Below are positions 9,483 to 18,493 of a stretch of 64,000 nucleotides of DNA, in pieces. The stretch's first letter is position 1; each line of letters begins with the position of its first letter. The notes beneath the pieces were generated by a model that searched no databases, was not told the DNA's origin, and was given only the letters and a program-made list of their open reading frames with translations. Made by a program: the position numbers and the translations under genes. This DNA comes from a bacterium. GTDB lineage: Bacteria; UBA8248. The stretch spans positions 160,001 to 224,000 of the forward strand of contig OY843592.1 in assembly GCA_963692865.2 (NCBI GenBank). The letters run 5' to 3'.

Positions 9483-10463
9483 ATGAAAAAACGCTTCTTC
9501 GTCATCCTGGCCGCGCTGGCCTTCATCGTCGCGCTGGGAGCCCCCTCCGCGAGCACGGCGGCCTATCCGGACAGGCCCATCACGCTCGTCCTGCCCGTGG
9601 GCGCGGGCGGCAGCCACGACCTCCACGCGCGCGGCATTACCAGCATCATCGCCGACATTCTCGGCCAACCCATGGTCGTGAAGCTCGTGCCCGGCGGCGC
9701 GGGCATGAAAGGCACCGGCTTCGTCGCCAAGGCCAAGCCGGACGGCTACACCCTGCTCTTCACCCACAACGGCTTCGACCAGCTCGTGCCGCAGACCCGC
9801 AAGGTGCCCTTCGACACGCTGCGCGATTTCTCGGCCGTCGCCAAGATCAACCACGGGCAGCCGGTGTTCTTCTCCCTGGCGAACAGGCCGTGGAAGAACA
9901 TGAAGGAATTCGTCGCCTACGCCAAGAAAAACCCCGGCAAGGTCAACTGGGGCCACAGCGGCGTCTGGGGCGCGGGCCACGTGCCCTCCATGCAGTTCGT
10001 TCGCGCGGCGGGCATCAAGGTGAACTTCATCCCGCATAAAGGCGGCGGCCCCGCGCTGCGCGCCGTCCTCTCGGGCCAGGACGACGTGGGCATCGCCTTC
10101 CCGACCCAGCTTCGCCCCCACAAGAAGGCCGGAAAGGTCACCGTGCTCGCGCTCACAGGCGATATGCGCCTCTCGAAGGACAAGGACTTCAAGGAAGTCC
10201 CGACCACGACGGAACTCGGCTACAAGGGCGTGGGCTTCACGATGGACCGCATCTTCATGGCGCCATCCAAGACGCCCGCCGACAGGCTGAAGAAGCTCCG
10301 CGACGCATTCGAGAAGCTCACGAAGAACAAGTCCTTCAAGCGCTTCATGCGCAGCATCGGCGAGAACGTGGTGTTCGTGAGCGGCGCGAACTACGAGAAG
10401 ACCAGAAAGCCGAACTTCGACGGCTACACGCAACTCATCAAGGCCATGACGATGAAGAAATAG
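9483..10463 (+). CDS. tctC: Tripartite tricarboxylate transporter substrate-binding protein (TctC/Bug)
   Basis: Signal peptide; YPDRPITLVLPVGAGGSHD, KPDGYTL, PHKGGGP. Confidence 0.92.
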   Translation: MKKRFFVILAALAFIVALGAPSASTAAYPDRPITLVLPVGAGGSHDLHARGITSIIADILGQPMVVKLVPGGAGMKGTGFVAKAKPDGYTLLFTHNGFDQLVPQTRKVPFDTLRDFSAVAKINHGQPVFFSLANRPWKNMKEFVAYAKKNPGKVNWGHSGVWGAGHVPSMQFVRAAGIKVNFIPHKGGGPALRAVLSGQDDVGIAFPTQLRPHKKAGKVTVLALTGDMRLSKDKDFKEVPTTTELGYKGVGFTMDRIFMAPSKTPADRLKKLRDAFEKLTKNKSFKRFMRSIGENVVFVSGANYEKTRKPNFDGYTQLIKAMTMKK

Positions 10464-10485
10464 GTTCATAGGGCCAGGCATTACC

Positions 10486-10536
10486 GGGGGGTGAGCGGCG
10501 CGCGTCTAAGCTACTGCCGCTCATCCCCTTTGTTTT
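10486..10536 (+). terminator. Probable rho-independent terminator after tctC
   Basis: GGGGGTGAGCGGCG...TGCCGCTCATCCCC stem followed by TTTGTTTT. Confidence 0.5.
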
Positions 10537-10617
10537 GGGAATTATATACATGACTCGGCAGCGGGTTTCCGGGTTCCGGATTCGAAAGGGAGCAATGTAA
10601 CCATTCCTGTCTTGAGA

Positions 10618-10836
10618 GGGTTATTAAAAAAATCCCCCCGCTGAGGGTATTCACCGTCATTCCGGCAAAAGCCGGAATCCATTTTTACGCCTTTTGCCTT
10701 TCTTCAGGATTCCCGCGCATCGGTGGAGGAATGGAATGCGCCGTTCATTCACCCGCACCCGCAAATGGATTCCGGCTTTTGCCGGAATGACGGCTGGGGG
10801 TGAATTCGGAGCGAAGAGGGGAAATTCAACAACCCC
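10618..10836. mobile_element. Degenerate MITE-like element carrying an inverted CGTC-type REP pair
   Basis: Ends GGGGTTATTAAAAAA / TTCAACAACCCC; CGTCATTCCGGCAAAAGCCGGAATCC at 10655-10680 and its inverse ending at 10792. Confidence 0.55.
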
Positions 10837-10887
10837 GTATGCGACCCCTGCAATCCCTCCCGCATGGGTCGAGGCCGTCTACACCGC

Positions 10888-11103
10888 CGTCATTCCGGCA
10901 AAAGCCGGAATCCATTTTCGCCTTAGTCTTTTCGCCCCTTCGTTCAGACAGCTTTGTCCCTGACGGAGAGGGTCGGAATCGAACACAAAAACGAAAGGTA
11001 AATTCTCTGGATTCTGGATCCAGATGCCGCGCAACAACGAGTTCGTTGGCCGCCCCCATCTGATGAAAAGTCAAAATGGATTCCGGCTTTCGCCGGAATG
11101 ACG
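10888..11103. repeat. Inverted pair of CGTC-type REP palindromes
   Basis: CGTCATTCCGGCAAAAGCCGGAATCC at 10888-10913 and GGATTCCGGCTTTCGCCGGAATGACG at 11078-11103. Confidence 0.8.
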
Positions 11104-11326
11104 GCCAAAACCGGAAACCGGGCGGGGGCGCAGGCTTAATTTTCCCCGCCTGAGGCGTATCATTCCCTGTTGAAACACAGGCGGGGCTCGACCCGCTGCG
11201 TGCCAACGCGATTCCCGGCCCCCTGCGCCGCTTGGCGAAACGAAGACTCCAAGCTATATTTCCCCCGAACGAGGGGAGACCGCATTTCCACACTCTCGAA
11301 AACCCACGCGCAGGGAGGCTCCTGTC

Positions 11327-11746
11327 TTGGCAGACATCATCACAGGCATGATCAAACGCTACGCGGCAGACGACCGCTTCACGCCCGAACCCGACCCTTC
11401 GGGCCGCTCCATCCGGCTCGTGGTGAACGACGTCTGCTGGTTCGAGTTCGAGAAGAACGAGGCCGAGGGCAAAATCCGCATCAGCTTCGCCACCAAAGAC
11501 CGCTACATGAACGAGGACATCGAGCTCGCCATCCTCGACAGCAAGGACCCGATTGACGATTTCGTCTACGACGGCATGGAGGAAGCGGGCGAGGAGGAAG
11601 AACACAAGGTGGAACACTACCACGACGGCGTGTTCCGCTACGCCATCGACCTGCCCCTCGACAAGCCGGGCGTGGACGAGCAGGCGGCGCGGGTGCTCGA
11701 CGGACTGTTCTACACGTTCGAGGAGTTCGCCGAGGGCGACGATTAG
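11327..11746 (+). CDS. Hypothetical acidic protein
   Basis: TTG start after GGGAGG; host-like codon usage; no family recognised. Confidence 0.7.
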   Translation: MADIITGMIKRYAADDRFTPEPDPSGRSIRLVVNDVCWFEFEKNEAEGKIRISFATKDRYMNEDIELAILDSKDPIDDFVYDGMEEAGEEEEHKVEHYHDGVFRYAIDLPLDKPGVDEQAARVLDGLFYTFEEFAEGDD

Positions 11747-11827
11747 CCTTTCATACTTCGCTGCGAGATTCCGGGTATTACCATATCCAGTCGTTACGTC
11801 TTCGGGCGCGCTTCCGGCGGCGACTGA

Positions 11828-12250
11828 TCAGGGCGCATCGCCCAGAACCTGCACCTCCACCCGTCTGCTCCTCGGGCGGTTGTCGAAATCGACCAGGACG
11901 ATCTGCTGCCACGTTCCGGTGGCGAGCGCGCCTCCCCGGACGGGCAACGCCAGACTCGGCCCGAGCAGAGCGGCGCGGACGTGGGAGAAACCGTTCCCGT
12001 CCCCCCAGCGCGCATCGTGCGCATAGACGATACCCTCGGGCGCGAGGCGGGCGACCGCGTCTTTCAAATCCGAAACGGCGCCCGGTTCATACTCTATCGT
12101 CGTGAGGCCCGCCGTCGAGCCGGGCGTGAAGACGAGGACGATACCGCTCTGCACCCCGCTCGCCGAAACGGCGCGCTCCACCTGCGGGGTGACGTTCAGA
12201 ACGTCCGTCCATCCCTTCGTCTCGACCACGAAACCCTCTTCGAACGCCAC
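11828..12250 (-). CDS. yjbQ: YjbQ / UPF0047 family protein
   Basis: GSTAGLTTIE, YAHD..WGDGNGFSHVRA, LATGTWQQI..DFD. Confidence 0.9.
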   Translation of the reverse strand: MAFEEGFVVETKGWTDVLNVTPQVERAVSASGVQSGIVLVFTPGSTAGLTTIEYEPGAVSDLKDAVARLAPEGIVYAHDARWGDGNGFSHVRAALLGPSLALPVRGGALATGTWQQIVLVDFDNRPRSRRVEVQVLGDAP

Positions 12251-12628
12251 GGAGTTGCCTCCTCGGTTCCATATCGCACGGGGACAAACCGGATGCCAAA
12301 AAGAAGAGAAAAATATACCCGATTATCGGTAGCGTCTCAGTTTGAAATTTCTGAGAGGTTGGAGGAGTAACCTCCATGAAGGTTTCAATCTACGACGGGG
12401 TATCCCCATCTCACCGCAACACCATTCCTGGTGATTTCCTTTCGGCGTTCTGTAGACGGCTAACCGGCCCGCGCCTTGACGCCTTTGCAAGCGATTACTC
12501 GATCCGGGATTTGAGATTCGGTAATTTCACCTGCCGCAATCTTCGCGACCCTAAACCGCGCACCCTATGGCGTCGCTCGGTCTTTCCTGTCCATCCGGTC
12601 CTCCGGCCATTACCGTGCCCTCTAGGTT

Positions 12629-12790
12629 TTATCGTGCCGTTCTCTCGATCAACGTTTCAAGCGCAAGGCGCTGATTGTCGAGTTCCTTGTCTCTTCTCGC
12701 GGATGCCTGTGCCATTTGGCGGAGTCCGAACCATATAAGGCCCAAGCCGGCATATTGTCCGATGATGCTGAGAATTTCATAGGTGGTCAT
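12629..12790 (-). CDS. Small membrane-anchored protein (53 aa; one TM segment plus short coiled coil)
   Basis: AAGGAG RBS; MTTYEILSIIGQYAGLGLIWFGLRQM...ALETLIERTAR. Confidence 0.55.
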   Translation of the reverse strand: MTTYEILSIIGQYAGLGLIWFGLRQMAQASARRDKELDNQRLALETLIERTAR

Positions 12791-13143
12791 GGCACGCTCC
12801 TTGACGGGTTTGTCGATTATTCTGCTCGCGTCATATTTTGTCAATGCCCTTTTCAGACACTCCCTATCGACATCTGATTCCCGCAAGCGGCAACTCGTTC
12901 TCACATCAAACAAGCCACAAGGTCAATGCAAGTCGAGCCGCCTGCTGAATACAATACCGCATCCTTCCGGGAATAGGCGGGACTCCCTTTTCTATGAATT
13001 GTTTGGAAACCGACCCAGCTTCAAAGGGAGGCCCGTCTCACACGAGGAGAAATCGTCATGTTCAAGAACCCTTGCGAATAAAGCCAACCCAGGGTATCTC
13101 CCAGCCAGTCAAGGATATAGTTCTTCCAGGAAGAGCGCACACG

Positions 13144-13175
13144 AAAAAAGCGGCCCTCGCCCGAGAGCCGCTTTT
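13144..13175 (-). terminator. Rho-independent terminator of the citrate synthase gene
   Basis: AAAAAAGCGGC.CTCG-loop-CGAG.GCCGCTTTT hairpin just beyond the stop; T-run on the minus strand. Confidence 0.7.
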
Positions 13176-13192
13176 CGGTTTCGCGTCTTTTT

Positions 13193-14362
13193 CTAGCCGC
13201 GCTCGGCAATCGGCGTGTACTGCGCCTCCAGGTCGCCGATGTAGACCGCGCGGGGCCGGAAGAGCCGGTTATCGGGCAGGTACTCCAGAATGCGCGCCGA
13301 CCACCCGGCGATGCGCGGCACGGCGAAGATGGGCGTGAACATGTCCGTGTCGATGCCCATGGCGTCGTAGATGACGCCCGAGAAGAAATCGACGTTGGGG
13401 AAGATGCCCTTGCCCCCTAAGTCCGCCACCACGAGGGCTTCGAGCTTTTTCGCGATCTCGTAGAGATGCCCCGTGCCGGCGCGATCGGAGAATTCCTTGG
13501 CGACGGGGTCGAACAGACGCGCCCTCGGATCGTAGGCCTTGTAGACGCGGTGGCCGAAGCCCATCACCTTCACCTTCTTGGATTTCGCCTCGGCGAACCA
13601 ATCCTCGGTCGTGGCGGGGTCTCCGATCTCCTGGAACGTGCGCAGCGTGGCCTCGTTCGCACCTCCGTGCAAAGGCCCCTTGAGCGAGCCGACCCCTGCC
13701 ACGATGGAGCTGTAGAAATCCGTCAAAGAGCTGTTCGTGACCATCGAGGAGAAAGTCGAGGCGTTCATGCCGTGTTCGGCGTGGATGATGAGGGCCATGT
13801 CCATCACCTCCACGGTGCGGGCGTCCGGCGTCTCGCCCGTCATCATGCGGAGGAAATCCTCGGAAAGGCCCTTCGCGGGGTCGGGCTCGATGAGGAACTC
13901 GCCCCTTCTCGCCCGCTGGATGGCCGCCACGAGGGTGGGGAACTGCGCCGTGAGCGTGAGGGCGATGTCGAAATCGTTCTCCACCGTTACCTCGAATTCC
14001 TTCGGGTTCAGGCAGCCGAGCATGGAGACGGCGGTGCGCAGCGTGCTCATGGGGTGGCACTTGCCTGCGATCTGCACGATCAGATCCTTCACTTCCTGGG
14101 GGATGGCGCGACGGGTGGCCAGATCCGCGTTGAAGGCGTCGAGTTCGCTCCGGGTGGGCAGTTTCCCGTTCAGCAGCAGGTAGGCCGTTTCCTCATATCC
14201 CCCGCCACCGGCGCAGAGGTCGTCGATGCTGTACCCGCGGTAGATGAGCTTCCCGTTCGCTCCATCCACGTAGCTGATGGCGCTCTCGTTCGTGATGGCC
14301 CCCTCGAGACCCTTCTTGAATTCCACGCTGCCAACGAATTGGCGGGGTTTTTCTTCTGCCAT
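13193..14362 (-). CDS. gltA: Citrate synthase (short type; 2-methylcitrate synthase not excluded)
   Basis: GLEG, LIYRGY, HAEHGMNASTF, GPLHGGANE, GFGHRVYK, PNVDF. Confidence 0.9.
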   Translation of the reverse strand: MAEEKPRQFVGSVEFKKGLEGAITNESAISYVDGANGKLIYRGYSIDDLCAGGGGYEETAYLLLNGKLPTRSELDAFNADLATRRAIPQEVKDLIVQIAGKCHPMSTLRTAVSMLGCLNPKEFEVTVENDFDIALTLTAQFPTLVAAIQRARRGEFLIEPDPAKGLSEDFLRMMTGETPDARTVEVMDMALIIHAEHGMNASTFSSMVTNSSLTDFYSSIVAGVGSLKGPLHGGANEATLRTFQEIGDPATTEDWFAEAKSKKVKVMGFGHRVYKAYDPRARLFDPVAKEFSDRAGTGHLYEIAKKLEALVVADLGGKGIFPNVDFFSGVIYDAMGIDTDMFTPIFAVPRIAGWSARILEYLPDNRLFRPRAVYIGDLEAQYTPIAERG

Positions 14363-14670
14363 GGGCGTCTCCAAGCGCAAAGTGAAATATATGCTCTAAA
14401 AATACTTTTATATATCAGCGGGTTTCGTAATTTAGCTCTTCCGCACGAAACCATCGCCGCTAAAAGTATACTGTATACAATTCAATAAATCATATATTTA
14501 AGATTACTATACAGATATTTCACCTTGCCATGCAAACGGGATTGTTAGAATAAAACAGGCGAGAATGGCCCTTGACAGCCCTACTTACGTGACCCTAGAA
14601 ACTTTATTCGAGGAAAATCTCGGCGCTTGACCTGAAAATAGTAGCCGCCCCCCCGCAGGAAATCTGAACC

Positions 14671-15405
14671 ATGGCCCGACTGACCGATTACCGCGTACTG
14701 ACGTTCGACTGCTACGGCACCCTCATCGACTGGGAGAGCGGAATCTGGGACGCGCTGCAGCCGCTCATCATGGGAGGCGACGACTCAGGCGTGACGCGAG
14801 AGGCCGCCCTCCTCGCCTTCGCGAAATGGGAAGCCCGCCACGAGCACGCCTCGCCCGAGCTTCGCTATCCCGACCTCCTGGCCAGAGTCCACCGGAGCAT
14901 GGCGGAGAGCCTGGGGCTCGGGACGAGCGACGCGCTCGATGAGGCGTTCGGCGCATCGGCGCCGCTTTGGCCGGCGTTTCCCGATACCGCGGACGCGCTG
15001 CGGTTCCTCAAGCGGCATTACAGGCTCGTCATCCTCTCGAACGTCCACCGCGAGGGCTTCGCCGCCTCGAACCGCAAGCTCGGCGTCGCGTTCGATGCCG
15101 TCTACACCGCCGAGGATATCGGCTCCTACAAACCCGCCGACGCCAACTTCGAGTATCTCTTATCGCATCTGAAGTCCGACTTCGGCCTGGAGCGCGCGGA
15201 CGTCCTGCACACCGCACAGAGCCTGCGCCACGACCACGCTCCCGCGAACCGCTTCGGCCTCGCCAACGCCTGGATCGACCGCCAGAGGCTCTCCCAAGGC
15301 GGAAGCTGGGGGGCGACGGAGAAAATCGAGACGATGCCGACAACCGACTTCATCTTCTTCTCGATGGCGGAGATGGCCGCGGCCGTCGAGGCGGAGGGGG
15401 GTTAG
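14671..15405 (+). CDS. HAD-superfamily hydrolase, haloacid dehalogenase type II-like
   Basis: TFDCYGTLIDWE, LSN, SYKP, HTAQS..HD. Confidence 0.9.
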   Translation: MARLTDYRVLTFDCYGTLIDWESGIWDALQPLIMGGDDSGVTREAALLAFAKWEARHEHASPELRYPDLLARVHRSMAESLGLGTSDALDEAFGASAPLWPAFPDTADALRFLKRHYRLVILSNVHREGFAASNRKLGVAFDAVYTAEDIGSYKPADANFEYLLSHLKSDFGLERADVLHTAQSLRHDHAPANRFGLANAWIDRQRLSQGGSWGATEKIETMPTTDFIFFSMAEMAAAVEAEGG

Positions 15406-15546
15406 GGGGAGCGAGTGCTTTGGTGTATGGGGAACTGTAGTTTGTTGAATGAATGACTCGCTGTTCTGAGCTCACTAGATTGGTACGGTGATTCGGGGCA
15501 AAATTATTATATTGCTGCATATCAATTATGTAAGGAGGTATGGTCG

Positions 15547-16335
15547 GTGAAAGTCAAGAGTGAAGACTACCAGTCACACAGTGTATTTAAGGAACTTGAA
15601 CGCTACATCGACTTCTACGATATGTTTTCTTTTTCCGTATTTTCGTTTGCTACAAGTGGAACGAAGGCGATCGTAAACATCGACTCCTATGCTTACTCCT
15701 CGATGCAAGGCACACTAGACTCTATCCGCAGGATCCTCCTAGAAGGCCGCATCAACGATGCCTATGCCCTACTTAGAAAATACTACGATTCGATAATAAT
15801 AAACATATATACTAATCTATACTTGGAAGAACACTTCAGTATAGAAAATTTTATCGTTGAAAAAATTCAAAAGTGGCTAAATGGAAAGGTGAAATTGCCT
15901 CACAATAAGGACATGAGCGAATATATTCTGCAGTCCCAAACGCTCAAACCTGTAACCTCTATCCTGTTATCCGATGACCACTACAAACATATCCGTGATC
16001 GATGCAACGATCACACTCATTACAATTTTTACCAGTATGTTTTGCTTAATGATAACGAAATTTCCATACCTACTCGCCTACAATACCTGGAGCTATTTCG
16101 TAAAGATGTGCGGGACCTGGTTATCTTGCACCTTGGACTTATCTTTTACCTTAAGGATGTATACATGTCGTCTAGTGATTATCTCGATGCACTCGAATGC
16201 GGCATACAGCCAGAAGCTGATTCACAGTACTGGGTTGCAACTTTTGTGCAAGAAATTTTTGATGAAATTGTGACTCCATATCGACCCGAAGTCACAACCT
16301 TGATAAAAAACTCCTCAGAGATGCAGCTAACTTGA
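15547..16335 (+). CDS. AT-rich hypothetical protein, possibly HEPN/DUF5677-like
   Basis: Visibly AT-rich insert; AAGGAGG upstream; mostly helical with DAYALLRK and RDRCNDHTH motifs. Confidence 0.65.
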   Translation: MKVKSEDYQSHSVFKELERYIDFYDMFSFSVFSFATSGTKAIVNIDSYAYSSMQGTLDSIRRILLEGRINDAYALLRKYYDSIIINIYTNLYLEEHFSIENFIVEKIQKWLNGKVKLPHNKDMSEYILQSQTLKPVTSILLSDDHYKHIRDRCNDHTHYNFYQYVLLNDNEISIPTRLQYLELFRKDVRDLVILHLGLIFYLKDVYMSSSDYLDALECGIQPEADSQYWVATFVQEIFDEIVTPYRPEVTTLIKNSSEMQLT

Positions 16336-16431
16336 CGTGGTTAATTCATCGTCGTCAGCGTTGGCAAGCGGCGCCTGCCGATATTCCAGCTGACGACCCT
16401 GATCACTTCGGAAGTCCTGCTCTCTCCCGCT

Positions 16432-16791
16432 TCACCCCCGCCGCGCGAGCCACCACGCCGCCGCCCAGACCGGCAGACTCAGGAATATCGCGAAGACGGC
16501 GATGGCTATCGGGCCGAGCAGTCCCGCCACCAGCGTCGTCGCCAAAGTGAAAATGCCAAGCAATACCCCTGCCGCCCAGGCGTCGCGGCGATAACCCAGC
16601 CGCCACAACCGCCGGCAGCCCAGCGCCAGCGGCAGGCCGCAGGGCGCGACCGGGATAAGCGAGACCATCGCCATCGGCATCTGCGCCCAGATGGCCGGAT
16701 CGGCCCCGAAACGCACGATGACGGTCGCGACCATCCCGGCCGGCAACCACAGGAGCGCCAGCGCCCAGAAGCCGAGCCGCCACTTACGCAC
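16432..16791 (-). CDS. Small multi-TM membrane protein
   Basis: Hydrophobic segments; GTG start just downstream of the relic copy of the speB 3' end. Confidence 0.6.
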   Translation of the reverse strand: MRKWRLGFWALALLWLPAGMVATVIVRFGADPAIWAQMPMAMVSLIPVAPCGLPLALGCRRLWRLGYRRDAWAAGVLLGIFTLATTLVAGLLGPIAIAVFAIFLSLPVWAAAWWLARRG

Positions 16792-16799
16792 CACCCCCC

Positions 16800-16856
16800 T
16801 CACGCCCCCATCACCAGTGTGAGTACGCGCACCAGCTTCGCGGCGGCTATGGGGCT
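16800..16856 (-). repeat. Degenerate duplicate of the last 57 bp of speB (partner 17636-17692)
   Basis: Reads SPIAAAKLVRVLTLVMGA* versus speB SAVAAAKLVRELALVMGA*. Confidence 0.85.
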
Positions 16857-16892
16857 CAGGGCGGCCTTTCCCGCAACAGAAGTCATCCGGAT

Positions 16893-17516
16893 TCACCAGT
16901 TAGCAGGCTTGGTGATGTTGGTTCCCGGAATCGGGGACGGGAGCTGGTTCTTTTGTAACGCTCTCTTTTGAATCCGGCGGGAGAAGTCGGCATGGGCCAT
17001 TAACTCTCGAGATGTATGACTCGCTCCGGGTGTTATCAGTCCAATCCATTTTCTTTTGTGCTGTTTCACGAGGCGCATGCCCTCTGCGATATCGCTGTCA
17101 TTCGTAACCACAATCGCGCAGTCATAGTCATCCAACCACGCATCGTTCAAGAGATGCACGGCGAGATTGACATCCGATCCCTTCTCTTCGGTCCTGATGA
17201 CATTTACCAGCCTCGTTCTATTGCCGGTATCAGCAAGCGGCGCCCGAACCTTGTGAGTCAGAAAATGACCGAAATAGACTTCAACTTCCGGGCAATGGTG
17301 TTGCAATGCGCGCAAGTAGGTGTCTTGGCGTTGCGGTTCAGATAGGTCGTCAGGCCGTGCTGAGACACGCGCCGTGAAGTATTTGATTTTGAGGATATCG
17401 TGGTGCGGCATCAATACATTATGGAACAGACCGGAGAGATCCAGCCATTTGAAAGGCGTTTGCTTCAGCGAGCGGTAGTAGAGGTTGAATCCATCGACGT
17501 AGATATAAGTCCGCAT
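16893..17516 (-). CDS. NYN (PIN-like, LabA/DUF88) domain ribonuclease
   Basis: YVDGFNLYY, EEKGSDVNLA, VTNDSD acidic catalytic motifs. Confidence 0.9.
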   Translation of the reverse strand: MRTYIYVDGFNLYYRSLKQTPFKWLDLSGLFHNVLMPHHDILKIKYFTARVSARPDDLSEPQRQDTYLRALQHHCPEVEVYFGHFLTHKVRAPLADTGNRTRLVNVIRTEEKGSDVNLAVHLLNDAWLDDYDCAIVVTNDSDIAEGMRLVKQHKRKWIGLITPGASHTSRELMAHADFSRRIQKRALQKNQLPSPIPGTNITKPANW

Positions 17517-17524
17517 GTCTTACC

Positions 17525-17618
17525 TAAAAAAGCAGGGCCTCGTTCGAGGCCCCGCGCCCAGCGGTCAAAACCCCTGGGGGAGTAGTGAAATAATGCCACT
17601 CTACGGAGCCTTCGTCAA
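17525..17618 (-). promoter_or_regulatory. Sigma70-like promoter and structured leader with terminator hairpin in front of the NYN gene
   Basis: TTGACG-17 nt-CATTAT with extended TG; then GGGGCCTCG-AA-CGAGGCCCTG-CTTTTTT ending about 8 nt before ATG. Confidence 0.6.
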
Positions 17619-17635
17619 CAGGAAAATACAGCCCC

Positions 17636-18493
17636 TCACGCCCCCATCACCAGGGCCAGCTCGCGCACCAGCTTCGCGGCGGCGACGGCGCTCGCGCCTG
17701 TGGGGTCCCACTCAGGGGCGAGTTCCACCACGTCGGCGCCGATGACCCGCGCGCCCGAGGCGTCGAGAACGCGGATGCACTCGATGAGCGCGTCAAGCCC
17801 GGGGCCGCCGGGTTCGGGGCTGCCGGTTCCGGGCATCTCGCCGGGGTTTATGACGTCAACGTCGAGGGTGAGGTATACGGGGCCATCGCCAACCTCCTGC
17901 AACGCCGCCGCCACCGCCTCAGGACTCAGCGGGCGCATGGTGTCGTTCGCCCGCATCCATTCGAACTCCTCCCTGGCGCCGGAGCGGACGCCGAACTGTC
18001 TAAGAGGCCCGACGCCATCAATCTCCAGGATGCGCCGTACGGCGCAGGCGTGCGAGAGTTTCTCTCCGAGATAGTCCTCTCTCAAATCCGCGTGCGCGTC
18101 CCACTGGAACACGGCCAGACCCGGAAAGAGTTCGAGCGCCGCCTCGGCGGCGGGCAGGCTCACCAGATGCTCCCCGCCCAGGAATACGGGGCGCTTGCCA
18201 GCCTGAAAAACCGCTGAGGCTTCGGCCTTGATGGAAGCGAGTACGGCTTCGGTGTCGTCGGATGAAAATTCAACGTCGCCCATATCGCACAGGGCGGCGT
18301 CGCTCAAATCCTTGTCCAGATGCGGGCTGTAGGTTTCGAGACAATCCGACGCCTCTCGCATCGCATCGGGTCCCAGGCGCGCGCCTCGCCGGAAGCTCGC
18401 CGTCTCATCGAAAGGGCAGCCCAGCAGCGCGACGCGCGCTGATTCGAAGGGGCTCCCGGCGCAGAGAAAACGCGGGCGGGCCTCCCCGCCCAT
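17636..18493 (-). CDS. speB: Agmatinase (ureohydrolase family)
   Basis: GGEHLVS, WDAHADLR, LSHAC, LDVDV.NP..MPGTGSPEPGG. Confidence 0.92.
   Translation of the reverse strand: MGGEARPRFLCAGSPFESARVALLGCPFDETASFRRGARLGPDAMREASDCLETYSPHLDKDLSDAALCDMGDVEFSSDDTEAVLASIKAEASAVFQAGKRPVFLGGEHLVSLPAAEAALELFPGLAVFQWDAHADLREDYLGEKLSHACAVRRILEIDGVGPLRQFGVRSGAREEFEWMRANDTMRPLSPEAVAAALQEVGDGPVYLTLDVDVINPGEMPGTGSPEPGGPGLDALIECIRVLDASGARVIGADVVELAPEWDPTGASAVAAAKLVRELALVMGA

Noticed and set aside
12376-12738. 120-aa plus-strand ORF after GGAGGAG
   Set aside because: No recognisable motif, the RBS is sequestered in a small hairpin, and it overlaps a better-supported minus-strand ORF
14468-14487. TACTGTATACAATTCAATA as a LexA box
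   Set aside because: The right half does not match ACAG; probably just AT-rich promoter DNA
16326-16364. GCTAAC...GTTGGC after the AT-rich ORF as an integron attC site
   Set aside because: Only about 39 bp, imperfect R boxes, and no integron integrase or cassette array
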